A DNA stretch of 63,162 bases, counting the filler, from Aduncisulcus paluster (taxonomy: Eukaryota): the NCBI GenBank assembly GCA_024181965.1. It is 29 parts of 29 records of this genome, joined end to end, with 100 filler letters (N's around TTAATTAATTAA, not from the genome) between each part and the next. Parts side by side here need not be neighbours in the genome. Positions count along the whole stretch, not along the records: positions 20,816 to 22,722 come from BQXS01012194.1; positions 22,823 to 23,937 come from BQXS01012195.1; positions 24,038 to 25,155 come from BQXS01012196.1; positions 25,256 to 26,804 come from BQXS01012197.1; positions 26,905 to 28,389 come from BQXS01012198.1; positions 28,490 to 30,725 come from BQXS01012199.1; positions 30,826 to 31,998 come from BQXS01012200.1; positions 32,099 to 38,751 come from BQXS01012201.1; 21 more parts are not named here. One strand, 5' to 3'. A program made the translations under genes and the position numbers. Numbering within the stretch: position 1 is the stretch's first letter; every line of letters starts with the position of its first letter. This document shows, one piece after another, positions 20,816-34,272 of the stretch. The notes below the pieces were generated by a model. It saw nothing but the letters and a program-made list of their open reading frames with translations. It made no database searches and was not told the origin of the DNA.

Positions 20816-22276
20816 TATTGAAGAATGTTCTGCTTGGGTGCATGGCCATATCGATGACACATATAGTGTTGGAATTATGACATTCGCAGACGATATGCCA
20901 CTAACATCAATGGCATATAATCCAATGATGGTCGTGTCATTTACATTTATCAATTTCACAGTGGACTTTAGATCAAGTCTAAAAAGTCGGTTTCTTTTGA
21001 TGCTTGCCCCTGGAGGCTCTGTACCAGATAAATCCAGACAAGTTGAAGCCGTAATCAATCGAGAAATTGCAATTTGTGATGGGATGAAAGTGTGGAACAA
21101 AGACCGTCAGGAAGAAATGACGTTGCATGTGTTCCACTTTTGTCATAAGGCTGATTCGCCACAACGTCACGATCATTTAAGAATCCCAAAACCAAGTGGA
21201 CTTTGCCGCTATAAGTGTAATTTGTGCTCTTGTGATCGAGATAATCTTACTTCCAATAGGGAGTTTCCTGAAAGGGATGATCTTCATATGCCATTTGCAA
21301 CATTTCCATTGCCACCAGATATCCTTCATATGGAAGGAAGAACCATGTTGAAAATAGTTCTCCCCCTATTTGTCTCCTGTTTTCAAAGAAAAGATAATTA
21401 TATGGAGATTTTGATTGCATTAAAGGCGTATAAGTGTGGACTTAATATCTCATTGTTACATTCTGTTTCTTTCAATGCTCATCAATTCTATGAGTTGTGT
21501 TACGTTCTACCCGCTCTTAGTTCGATTTTTCATGCAAGAGATTGTTTCAAAAAGGCTGCTCAGACTCGCGCTGAATATCAAGAATTGATATTTAGAAACT
21601 ATAAAAAATGGCATCAAAATAAGATAACGACAATTGAAAAGGTTGTTAAATTGATGAGGAGGAATCGTAAGCACCTGCTTGAATGTGGAATGTCAGGAAC
21701 AGCTCTATGTCAACACATATTTCCAGCCCATTTCCATCATTTAATGATGTGGTATGGAACAATACAAAACATTGACACAGATCTCGATGAACGTCTTAAT
21801 GGATTTATAACTCCTTATTCTACATCTCATTCTTCCAAATCACTAAAATCTTTGGGTATCAATGTTCAAAATGCCTTGAGAGATGTTATTCCTACTGTAT
21901 TCGAACAATTAGGACCAAGGGATCAATTATGGAGGCCTTCTAAAGGAGTATGGTGTGCTGTAAAAGATGCAAATGGCGATTTTTTCTTTGTAAAGATAAT
22001 AGAACGCTCAGATCTCCCCGCTACTGTCTCAAGTCAAAATTTTACAAGATATTGTGAATTAAAACAACAATATCCAGATCATTCTTTTTTTTTGTTCAAT
22101 ATTTCAAACCTATTGAGGTTGAAGAGATTACACATGATGTATTGCTGGATGTTTGGGAAGAATCAGAAGATGATTCATACTCAGTTGAAGCACAGGGTAG
22201 TTTATGGGCAGAAGTTAGAGTATTTGAAAATAGATTACTTCGTTATCATCCATTGAACCAATTCTACTTTCAGTGA
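20816..22276 (+). CDS. Divergent CMC-like DDE transposase (5' partial; probable homopolymer frameshift at 22085-22093)
   Basis: TFADD, KADSPQRH, CxxxCxxC, PDILH, HxxxxH...YG...DERLN; paralogous to 55729-57447; alternative frame FVQYF... ends at 22276. Confidence 0.6.
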
Positions 22277-22293
22277 AATGGATATAACATATT

Positions 22294-22377
22294 TGTTATT
22301 AATCGAGTCAAATTTACTAAATAAACAGAACTCCGAGAGATCTATAAATAGACCATTGAGAACATTACACTTCCCCC
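22294..22377 (-). repeat. PPT plus candidate 76-bp LTR
   Basis: GGGGGAAG then TGTAATGTTCTCA..CTATTTATAG...AATAACA; 5' half resembles the LTR at 11246-11341. Confidence 0.5.
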
Positions 22378-22440
22378 AGATCTTTCGGGTTCTATTGTTG
22401 CTACTCCCTTTGGGTATGAGATCAAATAATTAAAATAAAG

Positions 22441-22510
22441 TTGTTCCGGGGTTCGAACCCCGCACATGGTATAGTGACCAACATCTACTAACCAGTTGAG
22501 CTATATCTGT
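22441..22510 (-). ncRNA. tRNA-derived sequence (pseudo-tRNA or SINE-like head)
   Basis: A box TAGCTCAACTGG and B box GGTTCGAACCC with a T-arm-like hairpin; acceptor stem and anticodon arm do not pair canonically. Confidence 0.6.
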
Positions 22511-22822
22511 GTCCAAAATATTTTCCAGACTATGCATCAATCTGATTTTCTCGTTCCCCAATTCTTTACAAAGTCGTTTTTCTTTGTCGTTCAACTATGA
22601 TTTAAAAATCTTTTAATACAATTTAAACCAGTATATTAAGAGGGTTATTTCTCTTATTATTAAATATTTCTACTAACGTTCTTTGATGAGATATTAGTCG
22701 ATCAATTGCTATCTCCTCAGCTNNNNNNNNNNNNNNNNNNNNNNNNNNNNNNNNNNNNNNNNNNNNTTAATTAATTAANNNNNNNNNNNNNNNNNNNNNN
22801 NNNNNNNNNNNNNNNNNNNNNN

Positions 22823-23937
22823 TATTCAACGAAAATGATTCATTATTTTTGATATCCAATGGACATGATAACTTGGAACGCATCGTGGCAACACTGATGA
22901 TACCAGAGTCAAGATCACCATTTCCATCGGGCAAACACTCATTAATCAGATACCGTCGAACATTATCATCATGAACAGTGTAACATGTAAGATCACCATT
23001 ACTCACGGAACCACTTGTTTTGGCAATGCTCGCACATTGCTTCTCCTCAGATGAAGTGTTGTACACCTCATTCAGGATAATAGAGGGACAGGACAAGGAC
23101 TCCGTAACATCACATGAAAAGGTTCCATATGAATTCAACGGACATGACGTGGCAAGGAACTGACGGGCCTTCAAAGACGAATCCGACTCATGCACAGGAT
23201 ACACCGTGGAAATATATGTCCAATAGGTCTCATCATCCTCGGATCGACACAAGGGAATGTACTCGCCCGTCTCCGTGTCCGAAATATACAGCGCAGAAAG
23301 TGAGATGTTTCTGTACAGCACAGACACGTCGAATAGATGCTTGTTGTCATACACAGATACGGTCTGAAGACGGGACAAGGATTGCAGTGGGGACAAGGAT
23401 AGAACTGCTGTCGAGTCTATCATTGATGTACGAGTATCAAGGGCTATCAAAGACATGGCCACAACTTGCCGCAGAGATGTGAGCACAGACACGGATGTCA
23501 CACTGAGAGATGACAACGACACAGAAGACACATTCAAGCAATCGGACAGACCAATAAGCGACGTGATGTCAGCTGCATCATTGATAGATAAGTCAAATGA
23601 GGTAGCTGCAAAATCAAAGGCAGATACATCACACAACCCATCACCGGATGTTAGCAGAGAACACACTTCTTTTCGGAGAGCAAGATCAGCGAGATGCACG
23701 GAATACATGTCATCACACTCGTCTCCATACCACACAGATCGACACCCGAGGGAAGGAGCGGTCGATCCATCATCGGGAAGAACACACATGCGGTGACCAT
23801 CAATGTACGACGAACACTGAGATAAGGTATCTTCCACACACGAATAGGACGCCTCGTCATAATAGTACCCATCATCACACTCCGCAGCATAACGCCCGGA
23901 GGACACTTCTTGACATGTCATGTGATCTTCGATGGTG
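22823..23937 (-). CDS. LRR plus Cys-rich surface protein (partial)
   Basis: ECDDGYYY, CRSVWYGDEC, degenerate LRRs; same family as 18106-19577. Confidence 0.75.
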
Positions 23938-24037
23938 NNNNNNNNNNNNNNNNNNNNNNNNNNNNNNNNNNNNNNNNNNNNTTAATTAATTAANNNNNNN
24001 NNNNNNNNNNNNNNNNNNNNNNNNNNNNNNNNNNNNN

Positions 24038-25155
24038 GGGGTCAAACAGGTCGAGTACCTGGGGTTCATCGTCGACAAACACGGTAAACATATTGATCCA
24101 AACAGAACACGAGCACTTCGGGAATTTCCAAAGCCAGGCTCCATCAAAGCTGTTCGAAGATTATTGGGAACATTAAATTACCTAAGAGAATTTATCCCAT
24201 TTTATACAGAGGTTGTGGCTCCGATAAGTGATTTGGTCAAGAGCAAAAACAAGTTTATATGGTCTCATGATCAAGAACGAGCGTTGGAGAATGTTTGTGA
24301 CATCATCGAAAAGAACCAAACTCTTTTCCACTATGATCCGAGATTAGAATTAATTCTCAGGACCGACGCTTCCAGTATTGGCATTGGGGGGCTATTAGTC
24401 CAAGTGGATCATGGCAAAGAATTTCCATTGGCCTTTTACTCAAAGAAATTGACTGAGCAGGAACGTCGTTGGAGCACACTGGAGCAAGAGGCCTTTGGCG
24501 TGGTCTGGTGCTTGAGGAAAGCGAGGCAATTCGTTTCCGGAAGATCATTTACCATAGAGACCGACCACAGAAACCTTACCTTTGTTCTCAAGAATACCTC
24601 ACCAAAGGTTATGAGATGGCATCTAGAATTGGCAGAATATCAATTTGAAATTCGACACATTGCCGGTAAACAGAACGTTGTGGCGGATACTCTTTCCCGT
24701 GGCACAGAAGAACCAAAGCAATCGATAATTGCTGCAAGAGCCGAGATTCAGAAAACATTGGATCCTGATGAGGTGTTTAAAACTGACCTGTAGTGAAAGA
24801 AGATGAGGCTGATGTGAGATATTTAGTCGTAATCGTTGATAATTTCTCGCGGTTCACCGAACTGGTCCCCACCATAAGCACCACAGGGGAAGAAGCAGCG
24901 GATGCCCTCATTGCAGCAGTAGTGTCACGCCATGGAGTTCCAGAATGCATACGATCAGACTCTGGCAGACAGTATGACAATGGTTTGCTGAAGAGGTTGT
25001 GTGAAAGGTTAAAGATCGTTCAGTCTTTTACACACCCCCACCATCACGAATCTAATGGGATTGTTGAGCGGAAGAATCAAGACATCGGCAAGCATTTAAG
25101 GAAAATGTACTCCGAAGGGTTGAGAAAACAGGAGTGGGTCGATGCTGTTCCATTG
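24038..25155 (+). pseudogene. Gypsy RT end-RNase H-integrase with internal deletion
   Basis: EYLG, TDASS, TDH, ADTLSR, then a jump near 24785 to VIVDNFSRF...SDSG...NGIVERKN; zinc finger and first Asp missing. Confidence 0.85.
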
Positions 25156-26357
25156 NNNNNNNNNNNNNNNNNNNNNNNNNNNNNNNNNNNNNNNNNNNNT
25201 TAATTAATTAANNNNNNNNNNNNNNNNNNNNNNNNNNNNNNNNNNNNNNNNNNNNAGGCGAAGACGTCAACGATTGGAAGTCGGGCTGCCCAGAGGAAAG
25301 CTGTTGTGTCCTCTTACCGGTCCGAGCCGGCAACCGCCCGTTCTATAATAAATTGTATCACCAATACACCAGAACCCCCTGTGGTTCGACAGTTTTAAAA
25401 CTGAGTGCAATCTCAGGATGGAGGTTTATGAGTTTTATTTTAATTATTTGCACGTTTTACACAAAAACGGTTAAGCAAAATTTTTTCAAGGGAATTGAAA
25501 ATATTTCCAGACAAATTTATTTTAAAAAGTTATAAATATTGAAATTTATTTATTAATTTCGGCTTTGTGAACATGATAGTTCACATGTATAAGGCGAAAC
25601 CGGAAATGACTCGATTTGCTAGAATAGAGTCGTTTATTATGAATTTGACCGATGCCATTTGCTCCACATAAGTTTTATTATAAAGAAACTTTTGTCGTAT
25701 TACACGAATATGTGAAGCGTAAGGTCACAGTTGAAATATTTGAATTGTCACGGAAGTTTTGTGACAGAAGAGAGTAATGAATAATTTTCTTGTTTTACTC
25801 ATGTGAAATTATGAGATTTTTCAACCAAGGTTTCATGCTTGATACGCAGAATGTTGTTCTGTTGTGTTCGGGCAAGTTGATCCCTTTTGCTGTTTGCAGA
25901 GCCAGATGGTAAATAAGGACGTAAAATGTTCTAAAAACAAGAAAATAGAATTTTCCTTCTTATTTTATGGAATTTTATTCAAGATGCTACTTCAAAAAAT
26001 AAGTAGATCAAGATTTGCATATCTGCAAGGGATATGAGAAGATCCTCATTTCAAATACATTAGAAAGAAGGATAAAAGTAATTTTAAGATGATGGAAACA
26101 ATCTACATCATGAATTTCAAGGGTTATTAGTATTTATTGTAATCCCATCGTATTTCGTCCGTAGCAAGAATATATGAAGAGTTTTATTAATTATAACTCC
26201 ATGAGAGGTTATAAAAAGAACAAATTGAGATTAGGAACTACTTTATAGATAGTATCCAAAGGTTATTTCAAAAATTGTTATTACATGAGCTACAGGACAG
26301 TATTAAAGATATTGAATATCAGAAAAAGATTTTTAAAGGATTTAATGTTCAAAATAA

Positions 26358-26804
26358 TGTTATAGCAGGATAATATTAAAAGTTAAAAGGATTTTTGCAA
26401 AAAAAAAAAAAGTATATATTTTGGACAATACAAGTTTATGGTAGAATGCGATAAAGCTTACGTACAATTTATTAATAAACGAACACATCATAGTCGGTTC
26501 TATAAATAGATCCTCTGAGAACCTGCAAGGATACCACATCCTCCTCTCACTTTCCCAGATCACTTTGTGATCGCAGCTATTCAGATACTATGACACGAAC
26601 GTAGTAGATGATCAATCTATGGTTCCAGAATCTTCTGGAGTTTCTCAAGGGTTTCGACGATCTATTTTTAGATCCTAGGTTTCCTTTATCGGTGTCCTCC
26701 CGGGGTGTTGGTTCGGTAGCCTTCACAGTCCGACTTCCACGGTTGTGTACAAGGTGGTCTGACCTGGTGACGTCGTGGTCTGGCTCCTCCAGCTCCACAC
26801 GAGG
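26358..26804 (-). repeat. Probable LTR 3' portion
   Basis: GTTCTCA...CTATTTATAG motif shared with the other LTR candidates; AATAAA; ends TATAACA; contig breaks here. Confidence 0.4.
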
Positions 26805-28489
26805 NNNNNNNNNNNNNNNNNNNNNNNNNNNNNNNNNNNNNNNNNNNNTTAATTAATTAANNNNNNNNNNNNNNNNNNNNNNNNNNNNNNNNNNNNNNNN
26901 NNNNCAATTCAAATATTATCTGCAGAAAAGATTACAATTCAAATTTTATATATAACATCATCACACCATAATAAACACCTTATTTCTGGAACATTTCATC
27001 CACAAATATCCAAGTTTCAAGAATACCCCCAAACAACGGTTATCTCCCAATTTCTCAATGCTACACACAATATCAGTTAAGATATATCCTCTTCAAGCCA
27101 ATAGAATCCCCATTTGATGTCTTAGTCGAGTGGAACTTGGCAAGAAAAGAGAATCGGATATTTGTCTTTTTGTCGCCACAATTGGCCTCTTTATTTCGTT
27201 GTTTGGCACCATTTCCAATGGTTCAATGTTCGAATCGGGAGGGATTGTTATGACTCGATCACTGGTCGTACCAATGATCAACAAATAAACTCGATGGAAA
27301 CATATCAGCCCGCATTCAAACAATCACAGACATCTATATTAAACACTCGATCATATAATCGCTCCTTTTTATCGTCAAACTTCAATCGTCACTCATCATT
27401 GACACACATGACACGGTGCAATAAACAGATGAGATGTCTCATTCAAACCTTGTCTCCAAAACTAAATAATCACAGACATCTCACACATCATCACCGATTA
27501 CACCAAAAATAGGGAGGAGATTCCTTAAGGAAAACATTGGAATTAGGGTTTTACAGATCCTTTTTGTTTGATCATAATTAGGTTCTTTTTTCTTTTTGTC
27601 CAGTCGCCCGAAGAGTTTCTATGTTTGCTTCCGTTTGTTTGCTTTTTTTACATTGCTTTCATTTGCTTGGTTATTTTGTTCTCACTGCAATGTCTTCTTA
27701 GTCAATGTGTTGGTTTGTCGACTCACTCAACGACCACCTTCATCACAACAATATATCAAAACATCATTGACATCAAGGAAACGGACGGCTTGAACATGGA
27801 TCATAATTCTTTCAATTAACAAAAAAAAAAACATGAATCCAAAGCGTGTCTCGTATACAGGTATGAAATTCAACTGGAGGCAAAGAATTGTCCATGAACA
27901 TGTGTATTGTCCATAACGTCGATGAAGCAACACACACCCAATCCATCGATATACAATACATGGCACAAAACACATGGCACAACACTATGAATATAGCTAC
28001 AAACACCATCACCACCAACATTCAACAAAAGATAATATTTATATATATACATATAGTCTATATATGTGGATCGAAAAGAACAAATGAACTTTCTCCAACG
28101 GGAAGGAAGAGAAAAGGGAAGACACATGTAGATTTGAAAGTGACTGAATCCGATGAGAAGATGGAGACTACTGTCCCACCAACGTTGGCAATTTGAATGC
28201 AAGAAAGAGGAACACCCGATATCATTGAACAAATATCGGCTGGCATTCGGGGATATACACAAAAAATATGGAGCAAAAAGGGGTTGTAGGAGTTTGTGGA
28301 CATGCATATCATGGACAAGAAACAATCAACATGGTCATAAATACGGACACAAAAGGCAAGGATCAAGAGAGTGGGCCAGAAAAGGATGANNNNNNNNNNN
28401 NNNNNNNNNNNNNNNNNNNNNNNNNNNNNNNNNTTAATTAATTAANNNNNNNNNNNNNNNNNNNNNNNNNNNNNNNNNNNNNNNNNNNN

Positions 28490-29179
28490 CTCACGGAACA
28501 CAACATATAGCTGTTCCTTCTTAAGGGCGGATCTGCATTTGGCCAGTGATAGCTTGTATTCAGGCCAGGTTATGACAAAGTTACGCATCTTGGTTAGATA
28601 CTTTTGAATGGACGAGATATCTTTCTTATCGATACTTATTTGAAGTCCAAGATCAATCCAATCAAGATAATTTCCACACAATGATTTCTTTTTGTGGACT
28701 TGGATCAATGTATGAATGACATCTAGGGTCTTGTCGATATTGCACCCACTCAAAGAATCAATCCCTCGAATCCGGTCAAAATATGTTACAAACTGCGAAT
28801 AAAAATGGGAATAAACGTCTTTCTTCGTCTCAGGGGGTTTGAAATGGAGGAGACAGTTGTGGATAACAGAAACCATTGCATCGTGGGTGTCTTTGGTTGG
28901 GTTTCCCGGCTTTAAACACATTTTTGAGGACTTGATGATCTGCAAAACTGTTTTTTGAACTCTATATATATCAATCTCAAGATATTTTGCAAGGATATCA
29001 AGAGTACATTTTCTGTTTGACTTGGATTTATACAGCTCTAAATATTCGACAATATATCCTGCTTGTCCATGAATAAGCCTATAAATATCATCAGTTGGAA
29101 TAGGGTTCATCTCTAAATACCGTTTTGACCAATGAATCCATTGATCAAACTTGGAGCTATCATATATACATGAAGGCAT
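28490..29179 (-). CDS. Hypothetical helical protein (3' partial; weak resemblance to Rpn7/CSN1 N-terminal region)
   Basis: Long ORF from ATG; IDLGLQISIDKKDISSIQKYLTK is only suggestive. Confidence 0.45.
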
Positions 29180-29677
29180 GTAGAAGCTAATAATACAACA
29201 ATTTAATAATGGATAATCCCGTTATATGTCGAAAACCTGGGGAAATACTCGAGGAAAAGCGACAGATTTTTCAATGAAGTTTTCCCGAATCCTTCCACAG
29301 GATTGAAAAAATACTAGAATCATAAAATGATCATAAAAGGAGTTGAAATTTATTTTTTTGCAAAAGACTTGGATCAATTCATTATAAATCATCCAGTAGA
29401 GAAAATCCAACGATATCGCTGTAATTCGAAGGGAAAATACAGAGATATTGAATAAAATATAATTATTATTTTATTATTTTCAAAATTATGAGTTCACAAT
29501 CATTGAGATCAGCCAGCTGCAGGCTATCAACAACATTTTATAAAATGTGGAATTCTATGACGATATTGTTCCAGTTTTTGTACTAATGGAATAGTATTCC
29601 ATCGATTAAGAAAAAAGCGCAAAGTATATTATTAAAAATGTATAAAATATCAAATATCAAAAACAAAACTATTTTTG

Positions 29678-30725
29678 TCATTCGAATAAAACCCTATCTG
29701 GAAGTGATTGCCCATCGAATTCTTTTTCTCCCATCTCTTGAATTTGTTTTTCTTCACGAACCCAGAGCTCCTCCCTCTCTTTCCTTATTGTGGCTGCAGC
29801 CGAATGGGGTCTGGGTGATCTAGACTCGACGGGTGAAATGCCGACCCCAACCATAGGAGGAATCCCAAGTCCAGAGAGACCTACTTGACCCATCAAAGAG
29901 TCACCATGAGGGTGATTAGAAGGATTTCTGGAGGCATACGAACCACTACTGGAAAGCCTTAGAGTGTCTTCTTTTGGCACTCTACGACCACGTCTGGATC
30001 CAATAGGAGCCGTGGGAGGACGAGGCTTCATAGATCCAGGTCCGACATCACTCAACCCACCAGAAATGACATCCTTGAGGCTCTCTTTCATCGAGAGCAT
30101 GCACTTGCGAACACTCTCCCGTGAGACTGCACGGAGTTTCTGTGCAGAGGGAGATCTTGGTGGGAGGGACATTCGATCCAATCGGGAGGAAGAGGAAGAG
30201 GAAGAGAAAGGCATCGGGTTAGAGAGACCCTCAGGAAGAGGAGAATCAGTCACAGAGTGAAGCTTGTCGGGAAGAGGAGGAGTGTCCATGAAAGGGGAAG
30301 AAATACTAAGGGAAGTGTTGGAAACATGTGAGTGGGAAGTGTGTGGACGAGCAGACCGATGGGCACGACTACTGCGCCTTCCTCCACTCGAAGGCCGAGA
30401 TTTCTTCATTTGGTCATACGAATGCTTCAATTTAGGGTGCACGGACAGTGGAATGCCTCTTCTGACCTTGGCGAGAGCATGTAATTTCCGAGGCGTATCA
30501 AGCCACTTGCATAATAAAACATTACTCACACGAGGAGACGGGAACAGCTTGAGGTAAGTGTGTCCGGCAGAGTAAGGAAGTGGGAACAAGAGTTCATACA
30601 TGTCGTTCTTTCGAGCCTGCTCTTCTTCTAGAGCAATTATATCAGTGATCTCAACATCAGAGAGTGAATCAACATTCAAAGTGGCCTCATGGGAGTCTAA
30701 CATAGGGATAGAATAGTGTCTGTGA
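29678..30725 (-). CDS. Ser/Pro/Arg-rich hypothetical protein, C-terminal part
   Basis: ORF of over 340 codons with low-complexity composition. Confidence 0.6.
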
Positions 30726-30825
30726 NNNNNNNNNNNNNNNNNNNNNNNNNNNNNNNNNNNNNNNNNNNNTTAATTAATTAANNNNNNNNNNNNNNNNNNN
30801 NNNNNNNNNNNNNNNNNNNNNNNNN

Positions 30826-31998
30826 CATGTCCACAATACATGTATTGATCCGCCGGTAGTCGATAACCATACGGAACTTATTCCCTTTCTTAGGGACGAC
30901 GAGTATTGGCGAAGCAAATCTGCTTTTCGCACGTACTATAATCCCTTTTTCCATTAATCTGTCGATTTCCTCTCTGACAAATTCGGCATGCCTAGCCGGA
31001 AGTCTCCGAGCTCGGTATGCTATGGATGGGGTGTCTTCAGCCACCTCAATTATCATAGGCTCCATTATAGCCGGTTGTTCTGGATTAATTTGTTCAATAT
31101 AATCCTTCACAATGGGTATCAATTCCCTTCTTAATTCTTCAGATATGCATTTTTGATCAAATTTGCACGACTTGGTTTCCCAATCTGCCTCCCAATCCTC
31201 TGCATGATCTGATATCACTGGAAATCTCGCTCCTAAGAGATCTAATCGTATGATTGTATTGAAACATAGTAACAGGTCATGTTGACTATTTTCATTCATG
31301 TTAATTGGGATTACCCATTCATAAAAGTATAGGTCTCTGCCAAAAGCTCCGCTTGCTTTGACCAATATCTTCCATTTCTCTGATACATTCATGGAAGTTC
31401 CATCAGCTAATTCTAGCTGATATTCTGAAAGTTCTTCTCGTGAAATCACGAAGGAATCAGTTATTATTTTTCGGTTAATAATGGATATAGAACATCCAGT
31501 GTCTAGCAAAGTGAACACTTTCTGCTCATCTCCTACATTATTTACCAGCTTCATATATTCATCTGGAGATTTACTCACCTTCGTTTCAGCAGCCTTTTTA
31601 GAGTAAAATCTCCTCTGATTTTTGGTCTCAGCCCCTGGGTTTGTCTTAGTCCGGTCCGATTTTCTAAAATCTTTGCGATAACCACGGAAATGTTTCTGTT
31701 TTCCATCCCTTTGCTGGGAATGTTTCTTTTCACCCTGCCATTCACCACGATGCTCACCTTTATCGCTTGCACGACGTTTCAGCTTGATTTCGATTCCGAA
31801 ATCATCTGCATGTGCTAAAACTTCGTCCCGGATCTGAATCATTTCAGATAATTCGATAAAAGCCTGGGCCATGAAAAAAGAAATGTCGTCTTCTTTCCCG
31901 GCCGTGTCCGCTTCACTTCTTATGCGATCTTTCAGTCTCCGATTCCGTAAACCTCCCAAAAATAAACGTCCGACTGTATCATCATTTCCAAAGTCAGG
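30826..31998 (-). CDS. Gypsy Gag end-aspartic protease-RT start in a single frame (partial)
   Basis: LLDTGCSIS protease motif; ASPILVVPKK...RMVIDYRRIN. Confidence 0.92.
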
Positions 31999-33148
31999 NN
32001 NNNNNNNNNNNNNNNNNNNNNNNNNNNNNNNNNNNNNNNNNNTTAATTAATTAANNNNNNNNNNNNNNNNNNNNNNNNNNNNNNNNNNNNNNNNNNNNAT
32101 CTGCAAAGAAAACCACACCTTTTTTCACATTTCTAGCTGAATAATTACCGCTTATTTGGACGATGAGAAAAAGGTCAATGCCAGTTGCTTAATTAAAAAG
32201 ATCTCACAAATTTCAATACTGTAAATAAATTGCATGCTAGTATGCGATGTAGTTATGTTCGCATAATAAAATATTGTGGGATTTTACGAGCTAATGAGAT
32301 AATGGTATTTTTTCTTTTCTTGTTTGAAACAAGTTTCGCTCTTCCATCTTATTAGAACTAATTTTTCTGTGTTATTTTATTGTATACTATTCAACTTAAT
32401 AATTAATAGTGATAATATCATGTAGTCTTCCCCTCTACGAACTTGGAAAAAATCCTTTAATTTCTGACAGAGATAGTGTTGCATTTTGATTTAATAATTG
32501 TTGAAAAAAGCATTTGAATAATATGTTTTTATGGCGACGATACAAATATTTTGATTGATCTAGGTCAAGCACCATTTCCACTTTCTCACGTGAACCCAGA
32601 TATTATTTTGTTTTCTGAATGTTGTCCTCACCAACTATAATGTATGAAAACATCTTTTATTAACATTGATTGTGATTTTTTTTTGAACCATGACCGATAA
32701 TTTCCTAACTTATGACTATGTGAAATCTGCAGCTTTAATCAACTTCTCTTGATTAATATTTTCTCTATTCCCTAATTGATTTTGAATATGCTGTTAATAT
32801 CGATGAATAATTTAAGATAAGCGATATCTCATATGGAGACTTCTGAAATTCCACATGATTATCATACAAAAATTCAGAAATAATGTTAAACTTCTTTCCT
32901 TTTTTTAATAAAATTTAATGAAATTATTAGATTATATGAATGATATCAACAATAAAATATATTTTTCCCTTTTTGTCTTCAATTCCACCGTTTTTAGGAA
33001 TTTTTTATACTGTCATTTTCCATCTATATTTACTATTATTGGAAATATATTGGTTTTATTGGGATTATTCCTTTATCCGCTTCAATAATTATTCTGAATC
33101 TTTTTAAACAGATCATTCATTTTTTCGAAGAACTCTACATCACAAAAA

Positions 33149-33906
33149 ATGATCAACAATGATCCAATGAGAATGCCTTGGACTTGCCCTTTGAGTTTTA
33201 TTATACCCTGGGCTTTTTTCACGACTTCGACTTTCTTTGGTTCTGTCATTATATATATTAATGTTTTTTATGGATATCATGGGTGGGGCCCTTGGATTCT
33301 TCTTTGGTTTGTGGTTGGATATATTCCCTTGTGTATTATTGTGCCAATCATCTTTTTTATTTGTCTTGTCAGATGTGGTAAAAGTCGGGCTCAATACATC
33401 GATGAGAGTTCCAATTTCTTTTTTTTTTAAACTTAAAGTCTCCGTCTCTCTTGTTATCCTTACTACCATATTGTTTTGGACGGCGATATGTTTAAAGCCC
33501 CCTATTCTCTGGTTTTACATCGTAATCGCCGTCTTGGCCATCATAACTATCATTTCAAGCATCGGAAATGACATATCATATGTCATAAGTTTATCTCCTC
33601 CTAAGTACAGACGGAATGGCAAAACCCCCTCTCCATCCAAAAAACAACGAAAAAAAAACAGAATCCTCCAAAAAACAACGTAAAGAAGCGGTGTTCCATG
33701 CGATTGATGACGATCCCTCTGTTCCTCTCCTTACTCCTGCACCCCCTGATGCTCCTCATCCCTCTGTCCCGTTTGAAGGAGTGGGCCCTCTTGTCGATCC
33801 CATTGAGCCTGCTGTGACCCATGAAGCACCTCCAATCTATCCGGATCTTTCACACTCTCACACGAATATTTCACTCATGTATGGCACCATGGATGATGAT
33901 TTCTGA
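33149..33906 (+). CDS. Multi-pass membrane protein split by two homopolymer frameshifts
   Basis: Three overlapping track ORFs switch frame at T10 (33419-33428) and A9 (33650-33658). Confidence 0.5.
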
Positions 33907-34272
33907 GGCTATGTGTAATATTGGACAATGTCTGTTCAGAGCAGACTGTTCTCTCTTGATGAACGATCTCGATAGATGAAACGGTTTAGCCCCCATTATA
34001 ATGTGTAATATTTATTGATTTGTCATAATTTATTTTCGGCTTCTGCTCAATTTGGTCCAGTAGTGGCTTGGTTTCAGCTTTTCTTTCCTTTTCTTTCCCT
34101 TTGGCTTCTTTTGGTGATGTGGTATATGTTTATGGGTCTGATGTGAATATTGTTCATTTATATCTCCCATTATTATGCAATAAATACAAGTTCATGGTCA
34201 CTCTCTTCTTCTTCCTCTTCGTATTCTTCCGTTTTCAACTTCTTCATAATATCCATGAACAATTCTATTTCT

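Noticed and set aside
22441..22510. Functional tRNA gene
   Set aside because: Acceptor stem does not pair and no canonical 7-nt anticodon loop
26905..28389. Short ORFs on this contig, or an alternative genetic code
   Set aside because: No recognisable motif; recognisable genes elsewhere (GDH, PC4, pol) end at TAA, which argues against TAA/TAG reassignment
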